A DNA stretch of 64,000 nucleotides from Thermoplasmata archaeon (GTDB lineage Archaea; Thermoplasmatota; Thermoplasmata; GCA-020350865). The stretch lies in contig CP070751.1 of assembly GCA_020348445.1 (NCBI GenBank), positions 2,744,750-2,808,749 of the forward strand, given 5' to 3'. The notes below the pieces were generated by a model, which searched no databases, was not told the DNA's origin, and saw only the letters and a program-made list of their open reading frames with translations. Shown here piece after piece: positions 39,994 through 50,584 of this stretch (position 1 is the stretch's first letter; every line of letters begins with the position of its first letter). Position numbers and translations under genes: made by a program.

Positions 39994-41832
39994 TTAGTTG
40001 TCTATGCTGACCACAGTGATTTCGAAAATAAGTGTCTCTCCATATAAAGGATAACCTGGATAATTGTATCCCTTCTCGGGAGGGATTCTGACCACTGTTG
40101 TTTCATTTACTTTTAGACCCAAAACCGCTTCCCAGAATCCTTCTATTACTGTCATATATTCATCTGAGGGCTCAGGATCCATGGCACCCACTTGAACTTT
40201 GAGAGGAGAATAACTTGGCCAAAGTGTAAAGAATTCGCTTTTTGGGTAATCATCATTATTTGCCACTTCAGAATAGGAGGTGTTTAGAATCGAACCATCT
40301 ACCAGTGTCCCTATATAATTTACCTGAATCTTATCACCATCCATTACGACCCTGAATTCAAAATCCTTAATAGTTGATGTGTTCAGCCATATGCAGGCAG
40401 TGGGTCCCCCGCTTGATGTGGCAGTTATCTTTACATCGAATCTTCCCTTTGAGGTGCCAGGGTGAGTGGTGATGTTTATGATTACAACCTCAGAACTATA
40501 ACCATCAACAATGATGGGATTATATTCAAATGATATGATCCAGTTGCTTGGAAGGAACTCGTGCGAAAAGGAAATAGTATCCTCTCCGTTGCCTGTATTA
40601 TTGACCACTATGGCATAATAGGTTGACCTCCCGGAATCAGCATCATGAGAATTATTGTAGCATAAAAGCGCAACACCATAGCTCAATCTAAAAACTGTTA
40701 ATTTAAATCCTATTATATAAGTGTCTTGAGTATTTGCTGATGCGATATTCAACATGAATATATAGGTTTTGTTCACTGCTGTCTCAAGTGAAGGTGTAAT
40801 CGAGAACCCAGTTTTATTTGATTTATCACCATCAACTGATATGGTTGTTGGCATGGATATTATCCAATCAGAAGGCAGACCTGATATTTGGGGTGAAAAA
40901 ACATCGTCCTCATTTTCGGGATTGTTTATTGTAAAATTATAAAATAATTCTTCATCTGGGTAACCTTGCCTATGTGGTGTGTCTGTAATCAGTATCGAAT
41001 GTAAAGTGGTGTTTAACCAGATCAAATCACTTTTGCCCCCTTCAGAAGTGGCAATTACTGTAATATCGTACCTTCTTAATGGAGAATTTGAGTGAGTATT
41101 TATAGTGCATGTCACAGCCTCAGAAGACAAAGCTGGGACATTCATGGAATCAGATTCAAATGATATGCTCCAATCACTTGGCAGTTGGCTTTGATTGTAA
41201 GTTAAGGTTATTGTATCCTCGGCATTTCCATTGTTGTTAATAACTAAACTGTAATCGAGGGATTTCCCTTGAAATGCATCCTTGGAATTATTGGGGCAAA
41301 ATAGCTCAACACCATAGGTTCTTAATACTGTCAATTTATATTCTAGGGTATATATTTGATTAATGTTTTTTGAGGTGACTTTAAACGTAAATGAATATGT
41401 CTTATTCAAAGCAGTTGCAGAAGATGGTATAACAGAAATAAATTCTTGCTTGGATTCTTTCCCCTCAACTGTTATAGAGTCTGGCAAGATCACCACCCAA
41501 TCAGAAGGCAGGCCTGACACAGAAGGTGAAAAAACATCTTGCTTTGCATTTAGGTTGTAGACCGTGAAATCAAATTCTATTGTTTCACCAGGATAGTCTG
41601 CCTTGTGGAGGTTATCTGAGGTTAACTCAGCTTCTTCTTCCTTTTCCTCAGACTCTGGACTTAAGAACATGAAATAGATCACTGATGCCAAAATCGCAGC
41701 CAAAAGTACAACGATTACAATAATAATAAAAAATAATTTTTTACGGTTTTTTGTTGGTATATCAGAAGGTTCTTCAAAATCGCCATTTTCCTGTAGGCCC
41801 TCTTCATCTATTGTATCTCCTTCTTCTTCCAT
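39994..41832 (-). CDS. Membrane-anchored protein with four Ig-like domains and a C-terminal FKBP-type PPIase
   Basis: Acidic N-tail, TM, ABAB Ig repeats; FKBP GDKIQVNYIGTLVDG...VIEGFWEAVLGLKV..TTVVRIPPEKGY...GETLIFEITVV. Confidence 0.85.
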   Translation of the reverse strand: MEEEGDTIDEEGLQENGDFEEPSDIPTKNRKKLFFIIIVIVVLLAAILASVIYFMFLSPESEEKEEEAELTSDNLHKADYPGETIEFDFTVYNLNAKQDVFSPSVSGLPSDWVVILPDSITVEGKESKQEFISVIPSSATALNKTYSFTFKVTSKNINQIYTLEYKLTVLRTYGVELFCPNNSKDAFQGKSLDYSLVINNNGNAEDTITLTYNQSQLPSDWSISFESDSMNVPALSSEAVTCTINTHSNSPLRRYDITVIATSEGGKSDLIWLNTTLHSILITDTPHRQGYPDEELFYNFTINNPENEDDVFSPQISGLPSDWIISMPTTISVDGDKSNKTGFSITPSLETAVNKTYIFMLNIASANTQDTYIIGFKLTVFRLSYGVALLCYNNSHDADSGRSTYYAIVVNNTGNGEDTISFSHEFLPSNWIISFEYNPIIVDGYSSEVVIINITTHPGTSKGRFDVKITATSSGGPTACIWLNTSTIKDFEFRVVMDGDKIQVNYIGTLVDGSILNTSYSEVANNDDYPKSEFFTLWPSYSPLKVQVGAMDPEPSDEYMTVIEGFWEAVLGLKVNETTVVRIPPEKGYNYPGYPLYGETLIFEITVVSIDN

Positions 41833-42401
41833 TTCAATTACCTATTCGAGGTTGATATATGAACTTTTTTTTATTGTAGGAATACATTTCAGTTTAATTT
41901 ATTTTTGCCCTTAGGTTTTAGTATCGAAGAGATTAATAAAGAAGCGTCTATTAGGATAATACTCTCCTTTGGGGAGAAACATTCCAAGAATAATAAGACA
42001 CACGGCTACTGCCTCACAAATTCCATGTTGATTCAATGGTTATTTAGAGATCATTTTTAAAAAAACCATACTGACCCAGACATTTCTCTCCGATTATTGA
42101 TAACATAGTTGTTATTGATTGATGGATTACTCCCTTAGCCACCTCAGACTCCATAAATGACATCATTGATGATCTTCCTCCTTTTTAAATTGAACCTCTT
42201 TTTTTAAAAGAGAAAGATGAGCTATCCTTCTTGTTTTCCTACTTTCAGTTGATATTTGGTACTCCTTAATTATAAAATGGTTTTCCCCCTCCCATTTCAT
42301 ATAGTTGATGCCTTTATATGAGTCCTTTTGGCATCATATGTTACATTTGAATATTTTGGTTAGGGAGGGAAGTAGGGAGGGGGATATATTCTTCTTATTA
42401 A

Positions 42402-45386
42402 TTAGAGAAACGTTTCTCCTGGTATCTGGTCATCTGATATCGGATTTTGCGGTATACCTGGAGGTATGGTGTCTGCTTCCCATTGATGTGCTTCTTCGAT
42501 GGAGACGAAGTCATCATCGACGAGATAATCAGTGGGCGCCGATACTAACCCATCGTATATGTCATAATAGGGTGGAACGCCCCATGAACTCTCTGCTTCT
42601 TGACAGCTTAACACGACCAGCCTCATTGGGCCAGCACAATCGGGCAAGAAACCGCCAGCATGGCAAGCCATCATCTCGAAGATAAGTCTCCAGTATATAA
42701 TTTGATCATACTCTATGTCCAATTCGTCGTCATACCAGAAGTACGCGGGATCCCAAATATTGCTTGGGTTACCGTAAGTACAGAATGCTTCGTCCCAATC
42801 GTCTGTAGCCTCATCGTATGGTCGTGGATCGCCTGGCGAACCATCTAACCGACTCTGACCACCATGGTCCTTCATAGATATGAAAATCATTGTATCGGCG
42901 TCTGAGGCATCAAAGGTTTGCGTGTTTGTGGTTCCATCTGAATGTTCAAAGGTATAAGTACCACCTGATTCCAAAGCATCAAGTGCATCTTTTACATTCT
43001 GCCATGTGGCATCTCCATCTATGTACCATTCATTTGGTTCCACAGGGAAATTTTTCGTGGTGAGGTAAATAATCCGATCTTCTAAATAACCCCTATCCAG
43101 TAGATAATTTCTCATGTCCCTGATGTCTACTTTCAAACAATCTTCCCATTGAGCCCTTACCGGAGCTATTAGCAGGGCGTATCGCTTGAAACCAAGGGTT
43201 AACACAAGATCTATGTTATGATCCAGTGTCACGGTATCTACAGCCGCATAAGTATGTTTCCATGCATAAGCAGTATGTGGGGTGTAATAGTACTTCGTAA
43301 TTTGCCCATTGAATATCTTGTACTGTGTCAATGTTATTCTAGGTGTATATCCGTTCATCGCTGTGTAATCTTCCCATACAATCGTGTCCCAACAATCCCT
43401 TATTCTCACCTTTGCTTCAGCAACATGACCTCCATCTGCGGCCATGGTCCTTACTCTCATCCACCATTGTTGCCACACTCTTCCCCTAACATTTTCTGGT
43501 GTATATGTATTATCTGTTCCAATAGTGGCTGCGTTAACTGGGGCTTCATACTGCATCCATATCCCCCATCCATCATTAGAAATGACTTCGTTGTCCTCGA
43601 TTGCTGGCGAAGAATAATAACCATAGATACCGCCGTAGTCATCCTCCCATGTGTAGCCGTTTAAGGCTATAACATTATATTCGATAGTCGGTGAGGAGTA
43701 GAGCATGTAAATGCCTACGTATCCGTTAGAGCTGATTTCGTTATTTTCGATTGATGGTGAGGAGCTATACATATAGATACCATAATAGGTATTTGATATT
43801 ATGAAATTATTATCCTCTATACTTGGGGATGGAGTCCAGTATATAAGTATCCCATAGTAGCTACTGGATATGGTATTGCCGCTAATAGAAGCTCCCGATC
43901 GGGAGCATATTATCCCATAGCTATTTGAAGATATTATATTAAATGAAATCGTTGCTGAGGAATAATAGCAATATATTCCGTAAGTATTGTCGTATATTCT
44001 ATTAGAATTGATTGTAACTGCTGACGATGAATAGTAACAAAATACACCCATATAAGTATTATCATATATATTGTTAGTAAGAATTGTTGCTGAGGCACCA
44101 TCCTTTATCTTCATACCGTGACCATAGTTAAATATTCCACGGTTATGTCTAACCCAGCTCCACTGAATCGTTGGATTAGCTGATGATCCTTCTGCATATA
44201 AGCCTTTGCCAAAACCCCAAGGGGAAGGCCCTAAAATATAGCCGCAATATTCTAACACACAATAGGGGAAAATGATAGGCGAGCTACCGTAACATCCAAT
44301 GCCAATAGTATCGCACTCTTTAACAGTTGTCCATCTGAACGAAGATTGCTCTGAAGGATCTGTATTCCTTAACTCGATTCCGCCTGTCTCTATTCCACCA
44401 AAGTCTTGACCCCAAACATTTCTAATGGAACTTCGTCGGAGTCCGATTAAAGGAGGCCACCAATCGTACCAAATCCACCATTCCCTACATTCCAATATAC
44501 CGTCAACCCAAAAGTAGTAGGTTTTATCTGGCGGATTGTTAAAGACAGTCGAGCCCCAAAGGCGGAATATACCGGTCTGAAATGGAGTTTTATGAACCCA
44601 TATATAATATTGGCCACGATTAGAGCAACCAACATCAAAATCAACATTAATGAACCACACTAATCCCCATATGTCAAGGCTACCTGCTCTTAGATAACTG
44701 TCTCGCAAAGTGAGGCTTGCACCCTCGTTAACCACTATGTCACCCTCAAGGATAATCGTCACATTATCCATCTCGGTATCAGTATCTATTATCCAATCAC
44801 TTGAAATTTCTATAATCGGTAGGTCGTCTCTGAAAACATTGAATGTTAGCACTTCTTCATATCCTATATCGACAGAATCCTCGAGATAATTTATCACCAG
44901 CTTTATACTATGTTCTCCGATGTCAGTAGGTGTCCAAGAAAACGTCACCTCTTTTCCATCTGAAGGGAGGATTTCGCCACAATCTATTATGGTTAAATGA
45001 TTTTCTGTAGTTGTGTAGGGTCCGTCCGACAGATCGCCTCCATCGGGGACTAAATAGTGGTACTTAATCTCGTATATTTCGACTATCATGGCACTGATCT
45101 GATTTTGTCCCCTATTATTAAATGAGAGAGATACATCTGCCAATGCATTTACAAAGAGAATCTCTGGAAACATACTTTCTGATCTGGTTTCTACTTCAGA
45201 TAAATAGACACTATATTCGATCTCTGGGGGTCCGCTAGGTTCGTCCTCCATGGGTGTCGGGTATGTGGGGGGATCTTCGGGTTCCTCTGCCCTCACATTC
45301 ACATTTGCCAGGCTCACAAAGGCACTAATAAATAGCACCATACAGAGCATTAAGCTCAAAAATCTCCTTACTATTTTTCTTCTCAT
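42402..45386 (-). CDS. Secreted CARDB + parallel beta-helix protein with C-terminal clan CD peptidase-like domain
   Basis: Signal peptide ending VRA, NosD-like N.I..N.YGI repeats, then RYALLI...D...M...L..GY....I..L...AT, DHGG and MMACHAGGF. Confidence 0.75.
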   Translation of the reverse strand: MRRKIVRRFLSLMLCMVLFISAFVSLANVNVRAEEPEDPPTYPTPMEDEPSGPPEIEYSVYLSEVETRSESMFPEILFVNALADVSLSFNNRGQNQISAMIVEIYEIKYHYLVPDGGDLSDGPYTTTENHLTIIDCGEILPSDGKEVTFSWTPTDIGEHSIKLVINYLEDSVDIGYEEVLTFNVFRDDLPIIEISSDWIIDTDTEMDNVTIILEGDIVVNEGASLTLRDSYLRAGSLDIWGLVWFINVDFDVGCSNRGQYYIWVHKTPFQTGIFRLWGSTVFNNPPDKTYYFWVDGILECREWWIWYDWWPPLIGLRRSSIRNVWGQDFGGIETGGIELRNTDPSEQSSFRWTTVKECDTIGIGCYGSSPIIFPYCVLEYCGYILGPSPWGFGKGLYAEGSSANPTIQWSWVRHNRGIFNYGHGMKIKDGASATILTNNIYDNTYMGVFCYYSSSAVTINSNRIYDNTYGIYCYYSSATISFNIISSNSYGIICSRSGASISGNTISSSYYGILIYWTPSPSIEDNNFIISNTYYGIYMYSSSPSIENNEISSNGYVGIYMLYSSPTIEYNVIALNGYTWEDDYGGIYGYYSSPAIEDNEVISNDGWGIWMQYEAPVNAATIGTDNTYTPENVRGRVWQQWWMRVRTMAADGGHVAEAKVRIRDCWDTIVWEDYTAMNGYTPRITLTQYKIFNGQITKYYYTPHTAYAWKHTYAAVDTVTLDHNIDLVLTLGFKRYALLIAPVRAQWEDCLKVDIRDMRNYLLDRGYLEDRIIYLTTKNFPVEPNEWYIDGDATWQNVKDALDALESGGTYTFEHSDGTTNTQTFDASDADTMIFISMKDHGGQSRLDGSPGDPRPYDEATDDWDEAFCTYGNPSNIWDPAYFWYDDELDIEYDQIIYWRLIFEMMACHAGGFLPDCAGPMRLVVLSCQEAESSWGVPPYYDIYDGLVSAPTDYLVDDDFVSIEEAHQWEADTIPPGIPQNPISDDQIPGETFL

Positions 45387-45853
45387 TTTTTTACCTCCTA
45401 TTGAATTTTCATATCTTTTTCTAAATCGTATTATAAAAGCATTTCATGATAATTTAATAAAAATCTATTTATATCAGAACAGAAGCCAATGTATAGAAAA
45501 CTTAATATATTATTATATTTGAGTTTTAGAAAACTTTTATAAATATCGATTATTATCAAAATATGTATTCTTTATCGAAACATAGTAAATACTACATAAT
45601 TCCATTAATTATCGATAAATTATCTATCCTGTCACTCCTTTTGGAAATATAAATAATTTCTTGATAAAATACATAACCTTTTCTCAGTAATTTTATTTCT
45701 AGAAAATTAAATTTGAATAGCAAATAGTTTTTATCTCAATTTGTTTTTTTATACCCTTGAGACAATATCTGCCCTTTGTTTGAAATAAGATCGTGCTCTC
45801 TTCCGTTTACTGTAAATAGAGCATGTTTTTTCTTTTAATTGAAATATCTCAGA

Positions 45854-47476
45854 CTAAATGTAATTTTCTAAATTGGATTCATTTATTTTTTCAAGGATAT
45901 CAAGATATTCATTTGTATATCTGCAATTTAAAATAGAGTCCGAATGTTTGATGACAAGTTTAGAAGACATTTCATGATCTCCTGCTTTCAAATAATGATA
46001 AATAGATTCGATAAAATCTATCGCTTCATTTCTGTTTTCATACCATTTAGCTGCAATTAGATGATATTCCCTTTGTTTTGAAGAGCACAGTCTATCATAG
46101 AAGAATCGTTTTACAATATTATGTTCAAAGTATCGATTGTGAGTATCCTTTTTCAAAAGCAATTTCTCTGTAAGGGTATAAAGCTTCTCAAAATCGATAT
46201 TATCATGCATATTTATACAATCCCAAGAAATGGGCAAACGATATATAGAAATTATTTGTAGGATTTTTTTTTCATCATCGTCAAGATCTAAGCATAATTC
46301 GCCATAAATATAATCCTCAATATTTTCGTTTAATGCAATTATCCTAAGAAATTGAGGATTACCGCCAGTGAGCTTATATATATCATTAAAATTTTTATTA
46401 TCATAATTCATATCTTTAAGTAACTTCTTACTACTTTCAAAATCAAGACCTTCAAGTTCCAGATTAGCCATTAATTTCTTTATAATTTCATCCTTTTTTT
46501 CCTGAATCTGAACATTCTCCCTCGATAAGATTACAATCTTTGTTTCTGAAGAAAAGGCAAGTATCCTTAGAATATAAAATAAGAATCCTTTTATTTCATT
46601 AGAAGACTTATGGAAATTATCAAAAAATAATATTGCATTTATTTCACTTAGATCTGTTTTTAAAATTGTTGATATTTCTGAGTAATCTAGATGTATTCGT
46701 GTTCTTAAATATTTCTCAAGGTTGTCGTGTCCCAATTTCGAAAGAAATCTAGCTAACTTTGATAACATACCTCTTGTCGAATCTAGAGGATGAAAATTAT
46801 ACCAAAATAGATGCTTTATTCCACGATAACTATCCAATAATTTTACTGCTAAGGTGGTCTTTCCTATCCCAGCTATTCCATGTATATAGAGAATATTATA
46901 CCGTTTTTTATCCTCTATCCAATTTTTAAGTTGAATTAACTCTTTCTCCCTACCATAAATATCCCCAACATTTGGGGCCTCAGCGGAAAAATCTATAAAT
47001 TTCTTATTTTTGAAATTCTCAACATTTTTAATATCGATAACCCCATTTTTAGATATTAATTTACATAGATTTATAATAGTGATATCAGCGCATATTTTTT
47101 CTTTCCTTAAAAAGGGGATAATATCTTTGAACTTCAACATTTTTATTTTATTATTGGATAAAATTATTGTAATGGGAAGATTTGATAATCTTTTTTTCAA
47201 TTTCTTAGTGTAATTTTTTCCTTTATATGTTAAGAGGAAGTAATTTTGATTCTTTTTCCCATTTTTTACACGACCCATATACACTTGAACAAAACCTTGA
47301 CTTGCCATTTTTTTAATCAATGTTGAAATATAGCACCTATTTGTTCCCACCGATCGTGCAATACCTTTGGAAGTTAATTCAACTGGAACTTCATACATTC
47401 GCTTATAACCCTCAGAATCTAAAAGATGAATTAGAATTCTATCTTCTATTTGAACAAGGTTATCATGATTTGACAT
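45854..47476 (-). CDS. wHTH-STAND (NB-ARC-like) regulator, apparently C-terminally truncated
   Basis: N-terminal HTH (LTSKGIARSVGTNRCYISTLIKKM), YGREKEL, Walker A GIAGIGKTT, Walker B LFFDNFH, TGGNPQFL, start of a helical/TPR region, then TAG. Confidence 0.8.
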   Translation of the reverse strand: MSNHDNLVQIEDRILIHLLDSEGYKRMYEVPVELTSKGIARSVGTNRCYISTLIKKMASQGFVQVYMGRVKNGKKNQNYFLLTYKGKNYTKKLKKRLSNLPITIILSNNKIKMLKFKDIIPFLRKEKICADITIINLCKLISKNGVIDIKNVENFKNKKFIDFSAEAPNVGDIYGREKELIQLKNWIEDKKRYNILYIHGIAGIGKTTLAVKLLDSYRGIKHLFWYNFHPLDSTRGMLSKLARFLSKLGHDNLEKYLRTRIHLDYSEISTILKTDLSEINAILFFDNFHKSSNEIKGFLFYILRILAFSSETKIVILSRENVQIQEKKDEIIKKLMANLELEGLDFESSKKLLKDMNYDNKNFNDIYKLTGGNPQFLRIIALNENIEDYIYGELCLDLDDDEKKILQIISIYRLPISWDCINMHDNIDFEKLYTLTEKLLLKKDTHNRYFEHNIVKRFFYDRLCSSKQREYHLIAAKWYENRNEAIDFIESIYHYLKAGDHEMSSKLVIKHSDSILNCRYTNEYLDILEKINESNLENYI

Positions 47477-47872
47477 CCTTGTTACACCTCCCCTCTTTAT
47501 AAGATAGTTGATATAATTAAAATAGCTGTTAATAAAGTATTATCATCCATTAAAGTATTATTACCGATATGAGAACTATTCCTGAAAAAAGAACATCTAC
47601 TGTAAGTTCTTTGATGTATCAAAAGAAATTTTTCATACATCAGATGCTGAATACAAAATTTATTTATATTACCAATTTTATCATATATATGAGATCTCCA
47701 AATTGCATTAAAATAAAAAATAAAGAAAATCAGGGGTCAGAAACACCAATATAATGAATACCTTATGCCGGGTTTAGGACTCCTATTGTTGCGAAGAAAT
47801 AGGAAGAACCGTTAAGCCGAAAAATCCCAAAAATGAAAACAACAAAATAAAAACTAAAAGGAAGGTGAGATA

Positions 47873-48616
47873 TTGAAAAAAATGGTAGCCGTTGGCTTGA
47901 TATTTATATTAGCAATATTAGTAAATACCGAAAGTGTGGTGGCATGGAATTACTGGACCCCAATTACAATACATGAGGTTCAGTTTGACGGATCGAATTA
48001 TTATGCTCCTGTAGCTGAACATGATCTATACAATAATAGTCCACTTCTAGTGTCAGAATATTTAATATGGGAGAATGAAACAAAATATTTACCAATTATT
48101 AAAGATGATAATGGTAAAGATTATGTTTCCGTGTCTGAAGATACCTCGGGTAGAATTTACATTGAGCTTCAAAATACCCCTGAAAAGAACAAGAATAACA
48201 AGGCTATTGCAGGTCTACCAATTTTGGCTTACTCTGATGCTCATCTGGGGGAAGACATTCTTAATCTACCAGTCTTGGGAAGCACAAAAACAGGAGGGGT
48301 TGATGGCCTAGAAGAGCCTCCCCTTGACTTCTACATAATGATTCCTTTGAAAAATTATCCCGAGGGAAAGAAAAGTTATGTAGCCTTTTTAATCGAAAAT
48401 CCAAATCCGCCGAATGGAAAAAATGGCAATCATGATTGGATTATACCTCTTATTCGAATCCCCACCTCTTCCCAGAAAAATACCAATGATATAGGGGGTG
48501 GCAGCGTAAATGAAGACGCCTTATTAAGTATTGATAATGATTGGGATATTCAAATGGATCTTGGTTTGATTTTGGACTATGAACCATTGGGTCCTAGTCC
48601 CAGTAAAGGGGGGTAA
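47873..48616 (+). CDS. Secreted hypothetical protein
   Basis: Signal peptide MKKMVAVGLIFILAILVNTESVVA; AAGGTGA-type SD; no recognisable family. Confidence 0.75.
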   Translation: MKKMVAVGLIFILAILVNTESVVAWNYWTPITIHEVQFDGSNYYAPVAEHDLYNNSPLLVSEYLIWENETKYLPIIKDDNGKDYVSVSEDTSGRIYIELQNTPEKNKNNKAIAGLPILAYSDAHLGEDILNLPVLGSTKTGGVDGLEEPPLDFYIMIPLKNYPEGKKSYVAFLIENPNPPNGKNGNHDWIIPLIRIPTSSQKNTNDIGGGSVNEDALLSIDNDWDIQMDLGLILDYEPLGPSPSKGG

Positions 48617-48623
48617 CCCTCGA

Positions 48624-49712
48624 TTGTCCCCAGAAAATGAAGATTTAAGACAGGTTATCTCTGAGCAAAATGCAGAATTGGAAAGATTAGACAATTCAAG
48701 AGAGAATAGAGTTAAAAAAGCCCAATTGTATTTGGATTTAGGGGATAATTACGAGATTATTGGTGAACGAGATAAGGCACTAAACTGTTATAAAGAATCA
48801 TTGATATTAAGTAGAGAATTAAACGAGATTATAATAATAGCAAAAGCTTATCAACGAATGGGGAACATAAAAGCTGATATGTTCTTATTTCCTACAGCGA
48901 TCGCCTATTATGAAAAGGCTATTACTATTTCAGAGAGAATTTTTAATGATGAGCTACTAGGAGAGTTATTCTGCGGCCTGGGTGGAATTTACCATCGTAT
49001 TGGTGCGAATGATAGGGCGATTGAATATTTTAATAAAAGCGCAGAAAAGGCTAATCTTATAAAGGATACGAAAACCATAATAAAAGATTACAATCAGCTT
49101 GGTGTAATGCATGCAGAAAAGGGGGATTTTAAAAATGCCTTATATTTTTGGGAATTGGCTCTTGACCGTTTGAGAATAATCGATGATCAAAGGACCAAAG
49201 CAAAGGTTCTCAATAACATTGGCATGCTATATTATGATAAGGGGGAGTATGAGAAGGCGATCGAAAGATTCGAGGAACTGAAACGATTAGGTGAAAAAGC
49301 ACAAATCAAGGATGCAGAAGGGCGTGCTCTGGTGAATGGTGCGCATGCTTATATAAAACTTGGACAAATAGGTAAAGCCCAAGAATATAATCAAAAGGGA
49401 GAAGAACTTTTTAAAAAATTAAATGATATAAACATGCTCATAGGGGTAAAACTAAATGTTGCCCTTGTCTACTCAACTAAGAAGAATTGGGATAAATCTA
49501 TAGCGGTATTTAATGAAATTTTTGACGATCTAAAAGACATTTACGCACCCTATATACACGGAATTATGCACTATGAATTTGGTATGGTTCTTAAAAATAT
49601 GGGAAAACGAGAAGAGGCGAGGATCCAGCTTAATGAATCCTTAGAATCTTTCGAAGAGGCATGGGCCGTATACTATGTGAATAAAGTCGAGGAAGAATTG
49701 GCAAAGATTTGA
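48624..49712 (+). CDS. Stand-alone TPR protein
   Basis: Serial TPR motifs (AKAYQRMGNI..., AKVLNNIGMLYYDKGEYEKAIERF). TTG 48624 follows GGGGGGT; the track start is 48579. Confidence 0.85.
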   Translation: MSPENEDLRQVISEQNAELERLDNSRENRVKKAQLYLDLGDNYEIIGERDKALNCYKESLILSRELNEIIIIAKAYQRMGNIKADMFLFPTAIAYYEKAITISERIFNDELLGELFCGLGGIYHRIGANDRAIEYFNKSAEKANLIKDTKTIIKDYNQLGVMHAEKGDFKNALYFWELALDRLRIIDDQRTKAKVLNNIGMLYYDKGEYEKAIERFEELKRLGEKAQIKDAEGRALVNGAHAYIKLGQIGKAQEYNQKGEELFKKLNDINMLIGVKLNVALVYSTKKNWDKSIAVFNEIFDDLKDIYAPYIHGIMHYEFGMVLKNMGKREEARIQLNESLESFEEAWAVYYVNKVEEELAKI

Positions 49713-49743
49713 ATTATTATTCGAATACAGTCAAAAATAACGA

Positions 49744-49793
49744 TTTAATCGCTAATTGTATTAGGCCTTTATTAAAGAATTAGAGCGATTAAA
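49744..49793. terminator. Inverted repeat between convergent genes
   Basis: TTTAATCGCT-AATT ... AATT-AG-AGCGATTAAA (14 pairs with a 2-nt bulge). Confidence 0.4.
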
Positions 49794-49906
49794 AAGACAA
49801 ATTCATATTAAAATACAGTTTATGAATGATATAAATATATATAATATCAAACAATAATCGAATTGTTAGGAAGAATGATGATGTTATAATCAAGAACGAC
49901 AAATAT

Positions 49907-50290
49907 CTATATCTTTTCTGTTTTTTCTTTAAATGAGGCTATTCCATATATCACATTATCAATAAAGTCATCATTTAATTTTACATAACGACGAAATTGA
50001 GAATAGGGTGTTATTTTCACCTCTTTATAATCTAATACTCCGAGTTCGATTAGATTTGGTATGGATTTTCTATAAAAACTCTCTTTTCCCCGGATTCCTG
50101 TTTCTTTAAGCAATTTATAAATAGTGACCCACCTTTCTTCGACCTTTACATCAAAATATCTTTTCATCATGTATCCTAATATTTCGCTTAGATATGGGGT
50201 CTCTTTGAGCTGTTTTATCCATTTTTGAACTGATTTCCTAAACTCATATCCCTCTAATTTATTTAAAATCTCATTTGTTGAGATATCCAT
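49907..50290 (-). CDS. Small basic protein, possible winged helix
   Basis: TIYKLLKETGIRGKESFYRKSIPNLIELGVLDYKEV...RRYVKLN resembles wHTH recognition helix and wing; AAGGAAGGTG SD. Confidence 0.6.
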   Translation of the reverse strand: MDISTNEILNKLEGYEFRKSVQKWIKQLKETPYLSEILGYMMKRYFDVKVEERWVTIYKLLKETGIRGKESFYRKSIPNLIELGVLDYKEVKITPYSQFRRYVKLNDDFIDNVIYGIASFKEKTEKI

Positions 50291-50584
50291 ATTAAGTAAA
50301 CACCTTCCTTTTACACAATTCATATAAATTATGAACGATATTTAATTCCTAATAATTTATGTATCACACCTATATATAATAAAGATTATTATGTTTTATT
50401 AGAAAGGCAATGCTAAATTTTTTATTAAAAATACAGAAAATAATTAATTATCACACTATGTCATTCGATAAACATCGTACCGTGGATGTATGGAATTATG
50501 CATCCTATAAATATGAGATTAAAAGCATTACTCAAGATTCTTTTTAAAGGATCTGAATTTAATTATTACCTTGACAGGAATCTA

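Noticed and set aside
45749-45856. Pyrrolysine read-through of the STAND TAG
   Set aside because: A TAA follows after only 34 codons, so read-through would not restore a TPR array; no pyl genes in the window.
48600-48630. Frameshift fusion of secreted protein and TPR gene at the G6 run
   Set aside because: The G run works as an SD for TTG 48624, and the two ORFs make sense as separate secreted and cytoplasmic proteins.
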